A DNA stretch of 64,000 nt from Sedimentisphaerales bacterium (GCA_963708075.1 OY970194.1:5312001-5376000); one strand, 5' to 3'. Counted from the stretch's first letter, positions 25,395 through 36,449 are shown. Numbers and translations are program-made. The notes: generated from the letters alone by a model not told the origin.

Positions 25395-26610
25395 TCAGTG
25401 ACTACGCGCCGCCAGCTTTCGTCTGCGGAGCTTCCGTGACGGCTGTTTCGTTGCTCGCTTCGAGACTCGCGGGGGACGTTTGCGGCCTTTGCGCGCGGGG
25501 GCCTTGGGCCGGGCTGCCGTCCGCTTGCCTTTCGTCTTGGCCTTCCTGGCCTTTTGCCTGGCCATTTTCCGCTTCCACGCGGCATGCACTTTTCGCCGTC
25601 GTTCGGGCGGCCACTCGTCGGGCAGGTTCACCCAGGCGAACTCGCCGCCGCACTCGACGGCCCTGTAATCATAGGCTCGGGCCGCCTCGATCTCTTCACC
25701 GAACGACCCAAGCTGGAATTCTTCACCCTTGAAACTGAATCTTGCATACCACCTGCGGCTATTTCGAGCGCGCATGACACCCTTGAACCTCGAAACGCCA
25801 CCCATGCGTTTGGGGCTATTGTGCGCATTCTCCCCGCGTGGGTGCGGTCGGCATTCGGTGGCGGCTTCGGATTCCAGCCGACACAAGAGCGCAACCCAGT
25901 CTTCTTTCGCCCCTACGGGGCTTTGGGATGTGATTGGCTATCGGTACCCACCGTTGAAACGGTGGGCTAGTGTCGATCGCCCCCGTGGGGCGGACGGGCC
26001 GACGCAAGAGGACTGAAGCGAAGTCCAAGCCCGCAGGGCGATAGAGAATAGCCCAGCGATTTATCGCTGGGGAACCGGGGCCGAGGACAAAAGCCAGTCC
26101 CGTAAGGGACGAAAGAGGCGCAGTCCGCACACGGCGGCTGCACGCCGCCACCGAATTCCGACCACCCCCCCCGCGTGTGCAAGCGCGCAGGTTACGCGCG
26201 CAGTTGTCCAGGCGATTACCGTTCCTGTGATCGACGACCATTCCCTTCGGGGGCTGTATGATTTGGTGGTACATGAAGATGGCTCTTCCCTTCTCGTACC
26301 GAGCGGCATATCCGGCACACACTCTCCACTTGTACCGGCTCAGCCGCTCGTAGTCGGCGGCGTCCACATAGGCGTACGGGCCGCCGGATAGGGGGATTCG
26401 CTTGACCGTCTCGTCGGCCGGGTCCGGGGACGGAGGCCTGACCCGATAGTTGCGGCAGACCGTGCCGGGCGGGATCTCCCGCATCAGGCCCGGCGTGTCC
26501 GGGTGGTTGGCACAGACCGGGCGGGCCGGAAAACCTGACGATAGGCTGCGCGTCTATAGACCCCGGTCCCAAAACGCAAAAACGCAGGTGTGACAGCTTG
26601 GCTTTACCAT
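25395..26610 (-). pseudogene. Cys-rich-HNH-AP2 endonuclease, disrupted by a TAG at 26554-26556 and a MITE insertion
   Basis: CHTC...CANHP...CRNY, VDHRNGNRLDN..NLRACT|RGENAHN, SRFKGV, LGSFGEEIEAARAYD; paralog of 62681-63568. Confidence 0.88.
25840..26168. mobile_element. About 330-bp MITE family B (TIR plus multiple internal hairpins)
   Basis: Near-identical to 32822-33150; flanked by duplicated CCCCGCGT; excision restores NLRACTRGENAHN. Confidence 0.9.
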
Positions 26611-27024
26611 GTTCTTCTCCCTTCCTGTGACTCTCGTTTGTTCCGGGCCGACAATGTCGTCGCACCATGTGCTGTTCCATGTATGGTACATTCGCCATAT
26701 ATTCTGCCAATAGAAAACCATCAAAAAACTCTCCATCTTGTAAGTCCCTGTCCCTAAACGACTAACAGCGACTGGAATGGAGAATCTTGTCTTTTCGAGT
26801 GGCAGCAGCAAGCAGAGAGCAGCGGTGCTTACCGATGGTGCCATGCGTCTTACGAGCCATCGGCAAGCTGGCGCTTGCCGCTGCCACGCGAATCGCAGTC
26901 CGTGATACACACGAGGGCGATTCATCGTGCTTTCGGGGTTTGCAAAGCGGCGCCGTGGTTGTATGATGGCGGGCTTTGGCGGCGAGGGTGATGTTTGGAG
27001 TCGTTCGGGCAAGGCAGTGAAGAT

Positions 27025-28689
27025 ATGAATGAGCAGAATGCAGTCCAGGGACCGGTGCCGGCGGAGCGGATTCAGTTCGGCGAGCCGCGGCGGTACCTGG
27101 TGAATATCGATTCGATCTCGACAAACCAGCTTTTCGCCGATTGCGTGATCGTCGGCGCCGGGGTCGCCGGCCTGCGAGCGGCCATCGAAGCGGCCGACCA
27201 ACGCAACGTCATTGTCGTCTGCAAGGCGGGCCTCGAAGACAGCAACACCTGGAAGGCCCAGGGCGGCATCGCCTCGGTGCTGCGCAAGGACGACTCCTTC
27301 GAGTCGCACGTCGCCGACACCCTGCGGACCGGCTGCGGGCTCAGCGAGCCGGACATGGTCGAGCAGGTCGTCCACCAGGGACCCGAGCTGGTCAGGCAAC
27401 TGCAGGAGTGGGGGGCGGGGTTCGACCGCGTGAACGGCGAGATCGACACGACCCTCGAAGGCGGCCACTCCCATGCCCGCATCATCCACGGCCACGGCGA
27501 CGAGACCGGCCGGGCCATCGCCGAGACGCTGATCGCCAAAGTCAGGAGCAAGCCGAATATCCGCGTCATCGAGCACTTCTTCACGATCGACCTGCTCACC
27601 GATGCGGACAATCGCTGCATCGGCATCATCGGTCGCGGACAAGGACCGCGGCTTGCAGATCATCTGGGCGGCCAACACGATCCTCGCCACCGGCGGCGAC
27701 GGGCAGCTCTACCGCGAAACCACGAACCCGCCGGTCGCCACCGCCGACGGCCTGGCGATGGCCTATCGGGCCGGCGCGGTCCTGCGCGACATGGAGTTCG
27801 TGCAGTTCCACCCGACGACGCTCTACATCGCCGGGGCATCCCGCGCCCTGATCACGGAGACGCTTCGCGGCGAAGGGCGCCTATCTGCTCGACACCAAGG
27901 GCCGGCGGTTCATGAAGGACTACAGCGAGGCCGGCGAGCTGGCCCCGCGCGACGTGGTCAGCCGGGCCATCCTCGCCCAGATGCGAAAGACCGACGCGAC
28001 GCACGTCTACCTCGACGTGCGGCATCTGGACAAGGAGTATTTCGCCAAACGCTTCCCGCTGATCAGCGACCTGTGCGAGAGCTTCGACATCGACGTGAGC
28101 CACGATCTGATCCCGGTCCGGCCGAGCGCCCACTACATGGTCGGCGGCGTCAAGACCGACGCCTCAGCCCGGACGAACATCGAGAATCTCTACGCCTGCG
28201 GCGAGGTCGCCTCGACGGGTCTGCACGGCGCCAACCGGCTCGGCAGCAACTCGCTGCTCGAAGGGCTGGTCTTCGGCAAGATCGCCGGCCAGGCGGTGGC
28301 TCGGCGCGCGAGCCGAACGGACGTCACGTGCGCTCAAGCACCCGGCGATCCAGTACGACATTCCGCACTCGGACCGCAGCCGGCTGGACACCGCGGACGT
28401 CCGCAACTCGCTGCGGTCGCTGATGTGGCGCAACGTCGGCATCACGCGCAAGGCCCAGCCTCTGGCCGAGGCCCAGGAGATCATCCGCTTCTGGCATCGC
28501 TACGTGATGGACAAGGTCTTCGACGCCCCGGAAGGCTGGGAATGCCAGAACATGCTCACGGCCTCGCTGCTGATCGCCCATGCGGCGGAGCCTGCGCAAG
28601 GAGAGCCGCGGCGTTCACTACCGCATGGACGACACCAGACCGACGACAAGCACTTCCGCAAGCACATCGAGATCGTTCGCGCGGACTGA
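27025..28689 (+). CDS. nadB: L-aspartate oxidase (frameshifted)
   Basis: [65 protein letters not shown]. Confidence 0.95.
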
Positions 28690-28740
28690 TAGGTCCTATT
28701 GGTCCCATGAGTCCTATAGGTCCTGTCGCCGGCAGGCCAC

Positions 28741-29481
28741 CTACGCCGCCGGCAAATGGCCGGCGTCGATGCTGAAGTGCGCCAGATGCTCCGGCCGGGC
28801 GGGCAGGTCTTTGCGGACAATCCGGCTCGGATTATCGCTATTCACCACGTTGCGCAGGTTCTGCGAATGGACCACCTGCAGCCAGTAGGGCTTGTCCTTG
28901 ATATAGCACCTCTGGACCTCGGTGGGGATCCGGCTGTGGTCCCACTGGCAGATTGTGTGCGGGTCCCGGGCGTCTTCGATCAGGGTGGGGCAGTTGTTGG
29001 ACCAGTACTCCATGAGCCATGCCTGCCGGGTGGGAAGGTCCAGGATCAGGCCGAAGGGGAAAACGATCAGCCAGGGCTCTGAGCGATGCTCGCGCTCGGC
29101 TCGCCACGTCTCCTGGATGGTCTGCACCGTGTCCCTGTGGAAGGCGTCGTCGTTGTCGATTCGGCTGGTGATGAGATCGTATTCGCCGAAGGGGATGTCC
29201 TGCAGCCACAAGGGCTTGCCGGGCGCAGGATAAATGAGCCTCATGTTCGGATAACCGACGTTCTCCAGCGTCCGGATGTCGCGCTCGGGGGTCCGCTTGT
29301 CCATCAGGACATGCCACGTGAACTCCTGGCAGCTTTGGCCCATGATTGAGGGCAGCGTCAGCGTAGTGAACAGGCGCAGGCGATGCTCCATCCACTCCTG
29401 CGGCGAGACCGGCAACTCCGCCGCCCGCCGGTACAGCCCCGCGTTGAATCGCGTCAAAATGTAATGCTTGAATTCCGCCAT
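28741..29481 (-). CDS. Putative glycosyltransferase (rhamnosyltransferase-like)
   Basis: HYILTRFN, RLRLF...LPSI..Q, SRIDNDDA. Confidence 0.75.
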   Translation of the reverse strand: MAEFKHYILTRFNAGLYRRAAELPVSPQEWMEHRLRLFTTLTLPSIMGQSCQEFTWHVLMDKRTPERDIRTLENVGYPNMRLIYPAPGKPLWLQDIPFGEYDLITSRIDNDDAFHRDTVQTIQETWRAEREHRSEPWLIVFPFGLILDLPTRQAWLMEYWSNNCPTLIEDARDPHTICQWDHSRIPTEVQRCYIKDKPYWLQVVHSQNLRNVVNSDNPSRIVRKDLPARPEHLAHFSIDAGHLPAA

Positions 29482-29490
29482 TCGTCTGGA

Positions 29491-31287
29491 CTAACTCTGT
29501 TGCAGCACGGCCATGAGCCACATCGTGTAGGAGACCATCGGCGTCCAATACTCAGAGACATTGTAGACGCCGTCGCCGATCAAGGGCTGATCGTCCATCG
29601 TGCCGCCCAGGCCGTTCATCACGGCACCGGGCAGGAGCGGCGTGGCCGGCTGAAACTCGCTGCCGTTGACGAACCGGGGCGGGTGGTTGTGCCCGATGCC
29701 GATCCACTGTGCTGGCGTCGAACGGATTGCAGCCGAGGATCCAGTCGAGCTGCCGCTGGGCCACCGCTCGCAACTGCGGCTCGTCGAGAACCTTTGCGGC
29801 CCGAACCAACCCGACGCCCGCGGAGGCGAGGTTGGCGTTGATACCCACCCACCAGTTCTCCGGCCGCATGAAATAGCGATACCAGTAGTTGGCGATCTTG
29901 CGATTGCCCGCGTCCTCCTTCGATTGAAAGCCATAAGGGACGATGCCGAAGCTGTTGCGTGCGGACATCGCCGCCAGGTAGTCGTGGGTGTAGAGGCGGA
30001 TGGCGTTGCGCCAGCTTTTGGCGTCGGGATGGTCGGGGAACAGCTCCACGAGATCGCACAAGCCGAAGAGATGCCAGCAGCCGTGATAGATATCACGATA
30101 CGGCTCGGAATTGTTCGTCCCCGCGCGATAGAAGCCGCGGATGGCGTCCTTCGAGTCCAGGGGCTCTGTCACTTGAAGCTGCATGAGACGCGAGGCACAA
30201 TCAATCGCCGTCCTTCTTGTACTGCTCCTGCTCGCCGCTCTTGTAGAGTTGTATGGCCGCCGCCATCGCGCCGCCGAGGCGCTCGGTGGCGTTCTCCGGA
30301 CGGTCCTTGGTGCACCAGTCATAGCATCGCTTCGCCGCCTCCAGGCAGCGGGTGGAGTACGCCGGGTCACTGGTTTTCGTCAGGCGGGCCATCATGGCCT
30401 CGGCGATCACGAACTTGTACTGACCAAGACGGTCCAGCGGCTTGGCCTGGATGACGCGGTCGTCCTTGTCGCCGACGATCGTGATCTTGCTGCGGGACCC
30501 GCCCGGCGTCGGATCGATCGTGGCGGGCTCGCCGCCTTCCAGGCCGACGGTGTTGTCCGTCCAGCGGTTGCCGTCCCCGTGCCGCAGGGCATCGCCGCCG
30601 ACATGGCTCATCACGTAGCCGGCGGACTCCTGCATGTTGAGGAAGTACCGGTTGCCCCAACGAAGCTCATCCATGATCCGCCGGCGCATCGGCTCGGACG
30701 CCGTGAGCTCATAGACCTGTGCCAGGCCGATCATGCCGTGGATCGTAGCCCCGACCCACTTGCGCAGGTCCGACGCATCATGCCAGCCGCCTGTGGTGTC
30801 CTGATGCTTTCCGTTGTCGAGCCGCACGGCGTCATCACAATGGCACGGGGCCAGATACCCCGTCTCGCTCGGTCCGCACCGCTGCAGCGAGAAGTACCCG
30901 ACGATCATATCAATCGCGTCCTCGTAAACCCCGGGACCGATCCGGAACGGATAGGATCGCGACTGCCCGGCCCGGATGTAGTATGTGCCCGCGCCTTTGA
31001 CTACGCTGAAATCACCCGTATAGAACGTGCCGAAGTCGCCCTTCGATTCCACCAGCGGGCCGGAGAACAGCGACGCTCTGGTCCGTCGTCCGGATCACCT
31101 CGAATTGCTCTGCCGTGCGGTCCTTGAGCACGCACCTCTTTGACGCCCCCGGCACAAAGCCAACCTGGTTCATCGTAACATCGACCCGCAAATCCCGCGA
31201 AAACATCTGGCCGAATGTTGGACTGGCGATGCAGAGCACCGCAAGCGACAGAAAGCGACCCGGCATCAAAGAAGCTGGTCTATGCAT
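29491..31287 (-). CDS. Secreted glycoside hydrolase family 9-like protein (frameshifted)
   Basis: Signal peptide, NQVGF Ig-like domain, LQRCG, TGGWHDASD, DWILGCNP, SEYWTP. Confidence 0.8.
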
Positions 31288-31657
31288 GAGATTCCCCTTC
31301 AGGATTTGGCTCCGCAGGTCGGTCCTGTTTGCCCGCGCGATAGAAGTGAATATTGACATCTTCCAGCGTGGCGATGCCTTCGTCAACGACGGCATCGATC
31401 ATCTCCAGGAAGCCGGCGATCTTCTCCTTCGTATCGACGATTTCGATCACGATGGGCAGGTCCTGCGAAAGTCGGAGAATCTTGGCCGTGTGCATCCGGC
31501 TGTGCGCGCCGAAGCCTTGCAGGCCGCGAACCACGGTCGCGCCGGCCATGTGCTGCTCGCGGGCCTTGCGCACGATCCACTCATACAGCGGCAAGCCCCC
31601 ATGCTTGTCGCTTTCGCCAATGAAGATCCTCAGCAACTGTCCTTCTTTCGGCAGCAT
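31280..31657 (-). CDS. DUF190 family protein
   Basis: LLRIFIGESD, AGATVVRGLQGFG, DLPIVIEIVD; typical crcB partner. Confidence 0.92.
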   Translation of the reverse strand: MLPKEGQLLRIFIGESDKHGGLPLYEWIVRKAREQHMAGATVVRGLQGFGAHSRMHTAKILRLSQDLPIVIEIVDTKEKIAGFLEMIDAVVDEGIATLEDVNIHFYRAGKQDRPAEPNPEGESHA

Positions 31658-31663
31658 GGCTCA

Positions 31664-32041
31664 TCACCTCAGATTCGATAACCCGTACCCCAGCGCCACG
31701 GCGGCAAAGCCAACAATCACATGCCCGCCCACGTACAGAAACGCGTAGAGCAGCTCTTTATCCCGCAACATCGCCATCGCCTCATAGCCGAACGTGGAGA
31801 ACGTCGTGAAGCCGCCGAGCAGCCCAATGAGCAGGAATAGACGCATGGAGGGACTGAACAACTCCGCGTTATCCGCCCACCCGCCCAGCAGACCAATCGC
31901 CAGGCAGCCCAGAACATTGACGCTCAGTGTCCCGTATGGAAATGAGGCTTCGTCCGACAATCGTTGCACCCAACCCGCCATGAGATATCGCAGGATCGAC
32001 CCTGCGAAGCCCCCGATCCCGACTATAATGATTTGACGCAT
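31664..32041 (-). CDS. crcB: Fluoride channel Fluc/CrcB
   Basis: GGFAGSILRY, FPYGTLSVNVLG, GLLGGFTTFSTF. Confidence 0.96.
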   Translation of the reverse strand: MRQIIIVGIGGFAGSILRYLMAGWVQRLSDEASFPYGTLSVNVLGCLAIGLLGGWADNAELFSPSMRLFLLIGLLGGFTTFSTFGYEAMAMLRDKELLYAFLYVGGHVIVGFAAVALGYGLSNLR

Positions 32042-32074
32042 GCAGTGCCCTCTATTGTTGCCTGTTGCGGGCGT

Positions 32075-32103
32075 AGTGTAGATGGCGCGGGGCGTGGCGT
32101 CAA
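32075..32103 (-). promoter_or_regulatory. sigma70-type promoter for crcB
   Basis: TTGACG-17nt-TACACT on the minus strand. Confidence 0.6.
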
Positions 32104-32136
32104 GCCGAATGACGGCCGGGCCATCGGCAAGGCTGC

Positions 32137-32216
32137 GGGTGCCATGTCTACGCTTGCGTAGACATGTTTTCATCCCAGGCGAAGGCATGCTTACGCGAGC
32201 GTAAGCATGGCACCCG
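32137..32216. repeat. REP-like inverted doublet
   Basis: GGGTGCCATGTCTACGCTTGCGTAGACATG ... CATGCTTACGCGAGCGTAAGCATGGCACCC. Confidence 0.75.
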
Positions 32217-32298
32217 AACCGTGGTGGAAGAGAGCGTCGGAGTATGCTACAATGACTGCGCGCTCATTCGTAGATTGTAAATGGTAAATCGTAAATCC

Positions 32299-32709
32299 CA
32301 AGGGTCGGTCGGGCGGTCGCTGGCTCGCGCGAGCGGCCGGAGGAAAGTCCGAGCAGGGCAGGGCACGGTGATGGCTAACAGCCATCGGGGGCAACCCCAG
32401 GGACAGTGCCACAGAAAACACACGGCCGATGGCCCCTCGGGGCTCAGGCAAAGGTGAAATGGTGCGGTAAGAGCGCACCGCGGCGGCGGCGACGTCGCCG
32501 GCAGGGAAAACCCCACCGCCTGCAAGACCAAGCAGCCGGTCAGCGAAAGCTGCACTCGGCCCGGGTGGCGAGCGGCTACGGCCGCTCGGCCGGCGGGTAG
32601 GTTGCTTCCCGCATCGCGGGAGAATCAGTCGGCAACGGCTGGTCCAGATAAATGATCGCCGCCCACCCTCAAGGTGGGAACAGAACTCGGCTTATAGACC
32701 GGCCCTTGG
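32299..32709 (+). ncRNA. rnpB: RNase P RNA (type A)
   Basis: GAGGAAAGTCC, AGTGCCACAGAAA, GGTAAGAGCGCACC, AGATAAATGAT, ACAGAACTCGGCTTA; P1 AAGGGTCGGTC/GACCGGCCCTT; TGnTACAAT at 32245-32253. Confidence 0.96.
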
Positions 32710-32821
32710 GATTTACGATTTACCATTTACGATTTACGATTTGCAGGGCGGCATTCGTGCATCGATTCCGGATCTGGGCCGCCAGGTCTGTTCGTAGTGA
32801 CGCCGTAAGGCGTTCTCCAGG

Positions 32822-33150
32822 GGGTGCGGTCGGCATACGGTGGCGGATTCGGATTGCAGCCGACACAAGAGCGCAGCCCAGTCTTCTTTCGCCCCTACGG
32901 GGCTTTGAGATAGGATTGACTATCGTACCCACCGTTGAAACGGTGGGCTAGTGTCGATCGCCCCCGTGGGGCGGACGGGCCGACGCAAGAGGACTGAAGC
33001 GCAGTCCAAGCCCGGAGGGCGATAGAGAATAGCCCAGCGATTTATCGCTGGGGAACCGGGGCCGAGGACAAAAGCCAGTCCCGTAAGGGACGAAAGAGGC
33101 GCAGTCCGCACACGGCGGCTACACGCCGCCACCGAATTCCGACCACACCC
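32822..33150. mobile_element. 329-bp MITE family B
   Basis: TIR GGGTGCGGTCGG/CCGACCACACCC, perfect 9-bp TSD TTCTCCAGG at 32813-32821 and 33151-33159. Confidence 0.92.
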
Positions 33151-33163
33151 TTCTCCAGGTTTG

Positions 33164-34213
33164 TCAGCACACTGTGCGTCGCAGCAGCGGGATGTTCATC
33201 AGGATCGAGGTGATCAGGTAGCACACGGCGAAGGTCGCCAGCGGCACGAGAATGACAGCGAGCAGAAATGAGCCGTCCCCTGCGTGCTTGCCCAGCCGAT
33301 CCCCTATGTATTTGAGCACGAGCGGGTGCAGCACGTAGATGCCCAGCGTGGTGGAGGCGACCCATTCGAGGGCCGTCTTGCAGAACCCCTCGGGCGGCCT
33401 GGCTGTCTTGTCGCGCAGGTACGCCGCCCAGAAGATCGAGATGGACAGGAACACCATCGGCAGGCTGAAGAAGTCGAAGAGGTATCGCACGCCGATGCCG
33501 CCTTGCCTGGCAAGGAACGCAGGGGCAAACGCCGTCAGGTAGATTGCCGAGACGATCACGGTCAACGATGGGAATCCCGTGGGTATCTTCTCCGGGTCGA
33601 TCCGCGGCAGTTCGTAGCCGCACAGGTAGTATCCGATGAATGGGATGAACATCGTGAAGATGGACCGGCGGTTGTTCCAGAGCAGCACGTCGGTCTGGAA
33701 GTAGGCGTTCGCAAGGATCAGAATGAGGATGATGGCGAAGATCCGGTCCCGCTGGGGCGCACATCGCACGAACGTCCGCAGCACCGGCGTGACCAGATAC
33801 AGCCCGGCGATCATGTAGAGAAACCACAGATGGTAGTACGCGTCGCCCGTGAGGATCAACCGGGCGATGGAGCCGGCGGTAAGCCGCTCACCATCCACCA
33901 CCTGCCGGACGATGAGATAGATAACCGTCCAGAACACGAGCGGAATGCCCACGCGATACAGCCGCTTCTTATAGAAAGCAAGAGCGGATTCCTCTCGCTC
34001 ATTGCCGAGCAGCAGCACTCCGCTGATCATGACGAAGACGGGAATCGCGAAATGCGCCAGGTAAAAGAGTGAGCCGCCCAGCCACCAGTTGGCGGTGAAC
34101 GGCCGCATCGGCATCGTGAGTCCAATGGCCACGTGCCCGGTAACCACCGCGTAAATACCGAGAATCCTCAGCCGGTTGATGTACTGAATGCTTCGAGCCT
34201 TCTCAGCCGGCAC
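33164..34213 (-). CDS. Membrane O-acyltransferase (Acyl_transf_3, WecH-like)
   Basis: LRILGIYAVVTGH, PVFVMISG, YHLWFLYMI, TLGIYVLHP; GTG start with GGAG RBS. Confidence 0.88.
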   Translation of the reverse strand: MPAEKARSIQYINRLRILGIYAVVTGHVAIGLTMPMRPFTANWWLGGSLFYLAHFAIPVFVMISGVLLLGNEREESALAFYKKRLYRVGIPLVFWTVIYLIVRQVVDGERLTAGSIARLILTGDAYYHLWFLYMIAGLYLVTPVLRTFVRCAPQRDRIFAIILILILANAYFQTDVLLWNNRRSIFTMFIPFIGYYLCGYELPRIDPEKIPTGFPSLTVIVSAIYLTAFAPAFLARQGGIGVRYLFDFFSLPMVFLSISIFWAAYLRDKTARPPEGFCKTALEWVASTTLGIYVLHPLVLKYIGDRLGKHAGDGSFLLAVILVPLATFAVCYLITSILMNIPLLRRTVC

Positions 34214-34215
34214 GT

Positions 34216-34554
34216 TTACGCTCCACGGGCAAGCTGACTCAGCACAAACGACTTGAGTTGCGGCAGGTTGCTGCGACATGTATCCCAGACTACCTTCAGA
34301 TCTACGCCGAAGTACTGATGAATCAAGACATTCCGCATTGCTTTGATCCTGCGCCACGGTATCTCTGGATGTTCCTCGATGAAGGGAGCGGACAGATTCC
34401 TTGCGGCCTCACCGATGATTTCCGGTTCCCTGACCACGGCATCGATCATCATGTCGTTTGCCGCGAATGCCTCATAATCCATGCCCGTGAGGTAGCGATC
34501 GATCTTCTCGATGGCCGCGAGCATGTGACGCAGGTACACAGGATCATTTTGCAT
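34216..34554 (-). CDS. HEPN RNase toxin (DUF86/HepT-like)
   Basis: EIIGEAA, PEIPW, MRNVLIHQY (R-X4-H-X-Y). Confidence 0.92.
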   Translation of the reverse strand: MQNDPVYLRHMLAAIEKIDRYLTGMDYEAFAANDMMIDAVVREPEIIGEAARNLSAPFIEEHPEIPWRRIKAMRNVLIHQYFGVDLKVVWDTCRSNLPQLKSFVLSQLARGA

Positions 34555-34849
34555 AGACCGGTTGGGCCTCTCTCAGTACGTCATCGCGGAAATACTGGCT
34601 GAGAGCTTGGGGCGTCAGGAGATCCACCTTTTTGCCGAGCGCCTCCGAGAACTGCTCCTGAATCTCGATGAACTCGAACAAGCCTATGGTAGCGCGTGGG
34701 TCAAACTCGATCAGCACATCGACGTCGCTGTCTTCCCCGGCCGTACCGTGTATCTGAGAGCCGAAGAGGGCCAGGAATCTGATGGCGTCGCGGTAAGGGC
34801 TCTCTTGAACGGCCTTGCCCAGTCGTCCTGTCAATTCTCCTTTGTTCAT
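34544..34849 (-). CDS. Minimal nucleotidyltransferase antitoxin (MntA-like)
   Basis: LFGS-X10-DVD, KKVDLLT; overlaps the HEPN gene. Confidence 0.92.
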   Translation of the reverse strand: MNKGELTGRLGKAVQESPYRDAIRFLALFGSQIHGTAGEDSDVDVLIEFDPRATIGLFEFIEIQEQFSEALGKKVDLLTPQALSQYFRDDVLREAQPVYAK

Positions 34850-34906
34850 GATCGGAGTGTACGATTTCCGGGCTCAATCTGTCAAAGCCAATCCATCGTG
34901 ATAGGG

Positions 34907-35932
34907 CTACTTCTTCGGTGCCTCCAGCTTGTGGTCGGCGGGGGTGAGGCCTTTCTTGAATCCGCCGAAGCCGATGGGGAAGGGGTCGTACTGGCCGAGG
35001 ATGTCCACCTTGCCCTGCGCCGGGATCTTGTCCTCCATACCAAGGCCCCAATAGCAGGCGTTGACGAGCAGCCGGCGGAAGTTGGCGTCCTTGAGGTCGC
35101 CCGCGTGGCCCATCGTAGTCGTGAAGACCCGGGCGGCCTTGCCGGTCTCGCCCGTATAACTCTTGATCCAGGCGACCGGCAGAGGCTTCTTATTCGTATT
35201 CTCCTTGTCGTCCGGATTCATGCCGGCCAGCACATGGCCCATGATCACCGGCTTGCAGTCGCCGTGCAGTGTGGTCAGGCCATAAACATCGGACGGTCCC
35301 CAGATCGTGCCGACGCCGCGAACGATCGGCTGATTCTCCATTCCCTCGGCCACGATGCCGCGAGTGCTCTCCTTCTGGTGGTCGCCGTAGTGGCTGACCC
35401 ACGTCTCGCCGAGCACTTGCCGGCCGTAGCCGCCCTTGAACGCCTCGTCCTTGTTCTGCCAGCTCCATTTCGCGTACAGGCTGTCCTTGCGCTTGTTGTA
35501 GTTGAAGGGATGGGTCGCCGTGCGCAGCGCGACAATCGGCCTGCCTGAATTCGTGTAGTCGATGATATGTTTCATCTGCTCGTCCGGCAGCTCTCGGAAC
35601 CGGGTGAACAGCACCATCAGGTCCGCCTTGTCGAGAGCTTCGAGCCCCGGGATGTTGTCGAGCGTTAACGGGTCGATCTGGCCGGTCTCCTTGTTGATCG
35701 CAAACAGCACGGTGCACTTGAACCCGTGATGCGCAGCCAGGATTTTCGCCAGCATCGGCATCGACTCCTCGGAGCGGTACTCCTCATCGCCCGTGACGAA
35801 CACGATATGTTTTCCCTGCCCCGGTCCCGCCCCGCCCTCATACACCACCCAGGGCGTTTCCGCTGACCTCGCCGGTGCTGATACGATGATCATCAACATC
35901 CCCGTAAACAGGCTCAGTGCTGCGTTCCTCAT
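34907..35932 (-). CDS. Secreted ThuA-like domain protein
   Basis: Signal peptide, GDEEYRSEE, LRTATHPF, RVFTTTMGH. Confidence 0.8.
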   Translation of the reverse strand: MRNAALSLFTGMLMIIVSAPARSAETPWVVYEGGAGPGQGKHIVFVTGDEEYRSEESMPMLAKILAAHHGFKCTVLFAINKETGQIDPLTLDNIPGLEALDKADLMVLFTRFRELPDEQMKHIIDYTNSGRPIVALRTATHPFNYNKRKDSLYAKWSWQNKDEAFKGGYGRQVLGETWVSHYGDHQKESTRGIVAEGMENQPIVRGVGTIWGPSDVYGLTTLHGDCKPVIMGHVLAGMNPDDKENTNKKPLPVAWIKSYTGETGKAARVFTTTMGHAGDLKDANFRRLLVNACYWGLGMEDKIPAQGKVDILGQYDPFPIGFGGFKKGLTPADHKLEAPKK

Positions 35933-36045
35933 ACTCGTCAACCCCGTCCTTTCTGCAGTATGACATTGCCCGAAGCAATCTGTTGCAGCCATTGTTTCTC
36001 CATAGCGGCCTGGCGTCAAGCACGAACCCGGACGAGAAGCCTACG

Positions 36046-36381
36046 AGGTGCGGCCGGCATACGGTGGTGGATTCCGACCACACCCGACGCAAGGACGCGT
36101 CCCCGCTGCCCGTCTTCTGTCGCCCCTGCGGGGCTTGGGATAGGATGGGCTATCGGCACCCACCGTTGAAACGGTGGGCTATTGTCGATCGCCCCCGTGG
36201 GGCGGATGGGCCGACGCAAGAGGACTGGGGCGCAGTCCAAGCCCGCAGGGCGATAGAGAATAGCCCAGCGATTCATCGCTGGGGAATCTGAGCCAAGGAT
36301 AAAAGCCAGTCCCGTAAGGGACGAAAGAGGGGTGGTCGGCACACGGCGGCTATGCGCTGCCGACACATTCCGACCGCGCCC
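36046..36381. mobile_element. Diverged third copy of MITE family B
   Basis: Shares CCCACCGTTGAAACGGTGGG, TAGCCCAGCGAT..ATCGCTGGG and AGTCCCGTAAGGGAC blocks; abuts a family A half-palindrome at 36387. Confidence 0.85.
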
Positions 36382-36449
36382 GCCAAGGGTGGCAGCGGCA
36401 AGCGCCAGCTTGCGACGGCTCTCTCGCGGCGAGGAATGCTGGCTGAGCA

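Noticed and set aside
32042..32200. Fluoride riboswitch upstream of crcB
   Set aside because: A promoter-like sequence lies only about 33 nt from the ATG and no GGCGATGGTGTTCGCC-like aptamer is present
34216..34849. MNT-HEPN pair as a novel defence system
   Set aside because: Ordinary, well-described toxin-antitoxin module with canonical motifs
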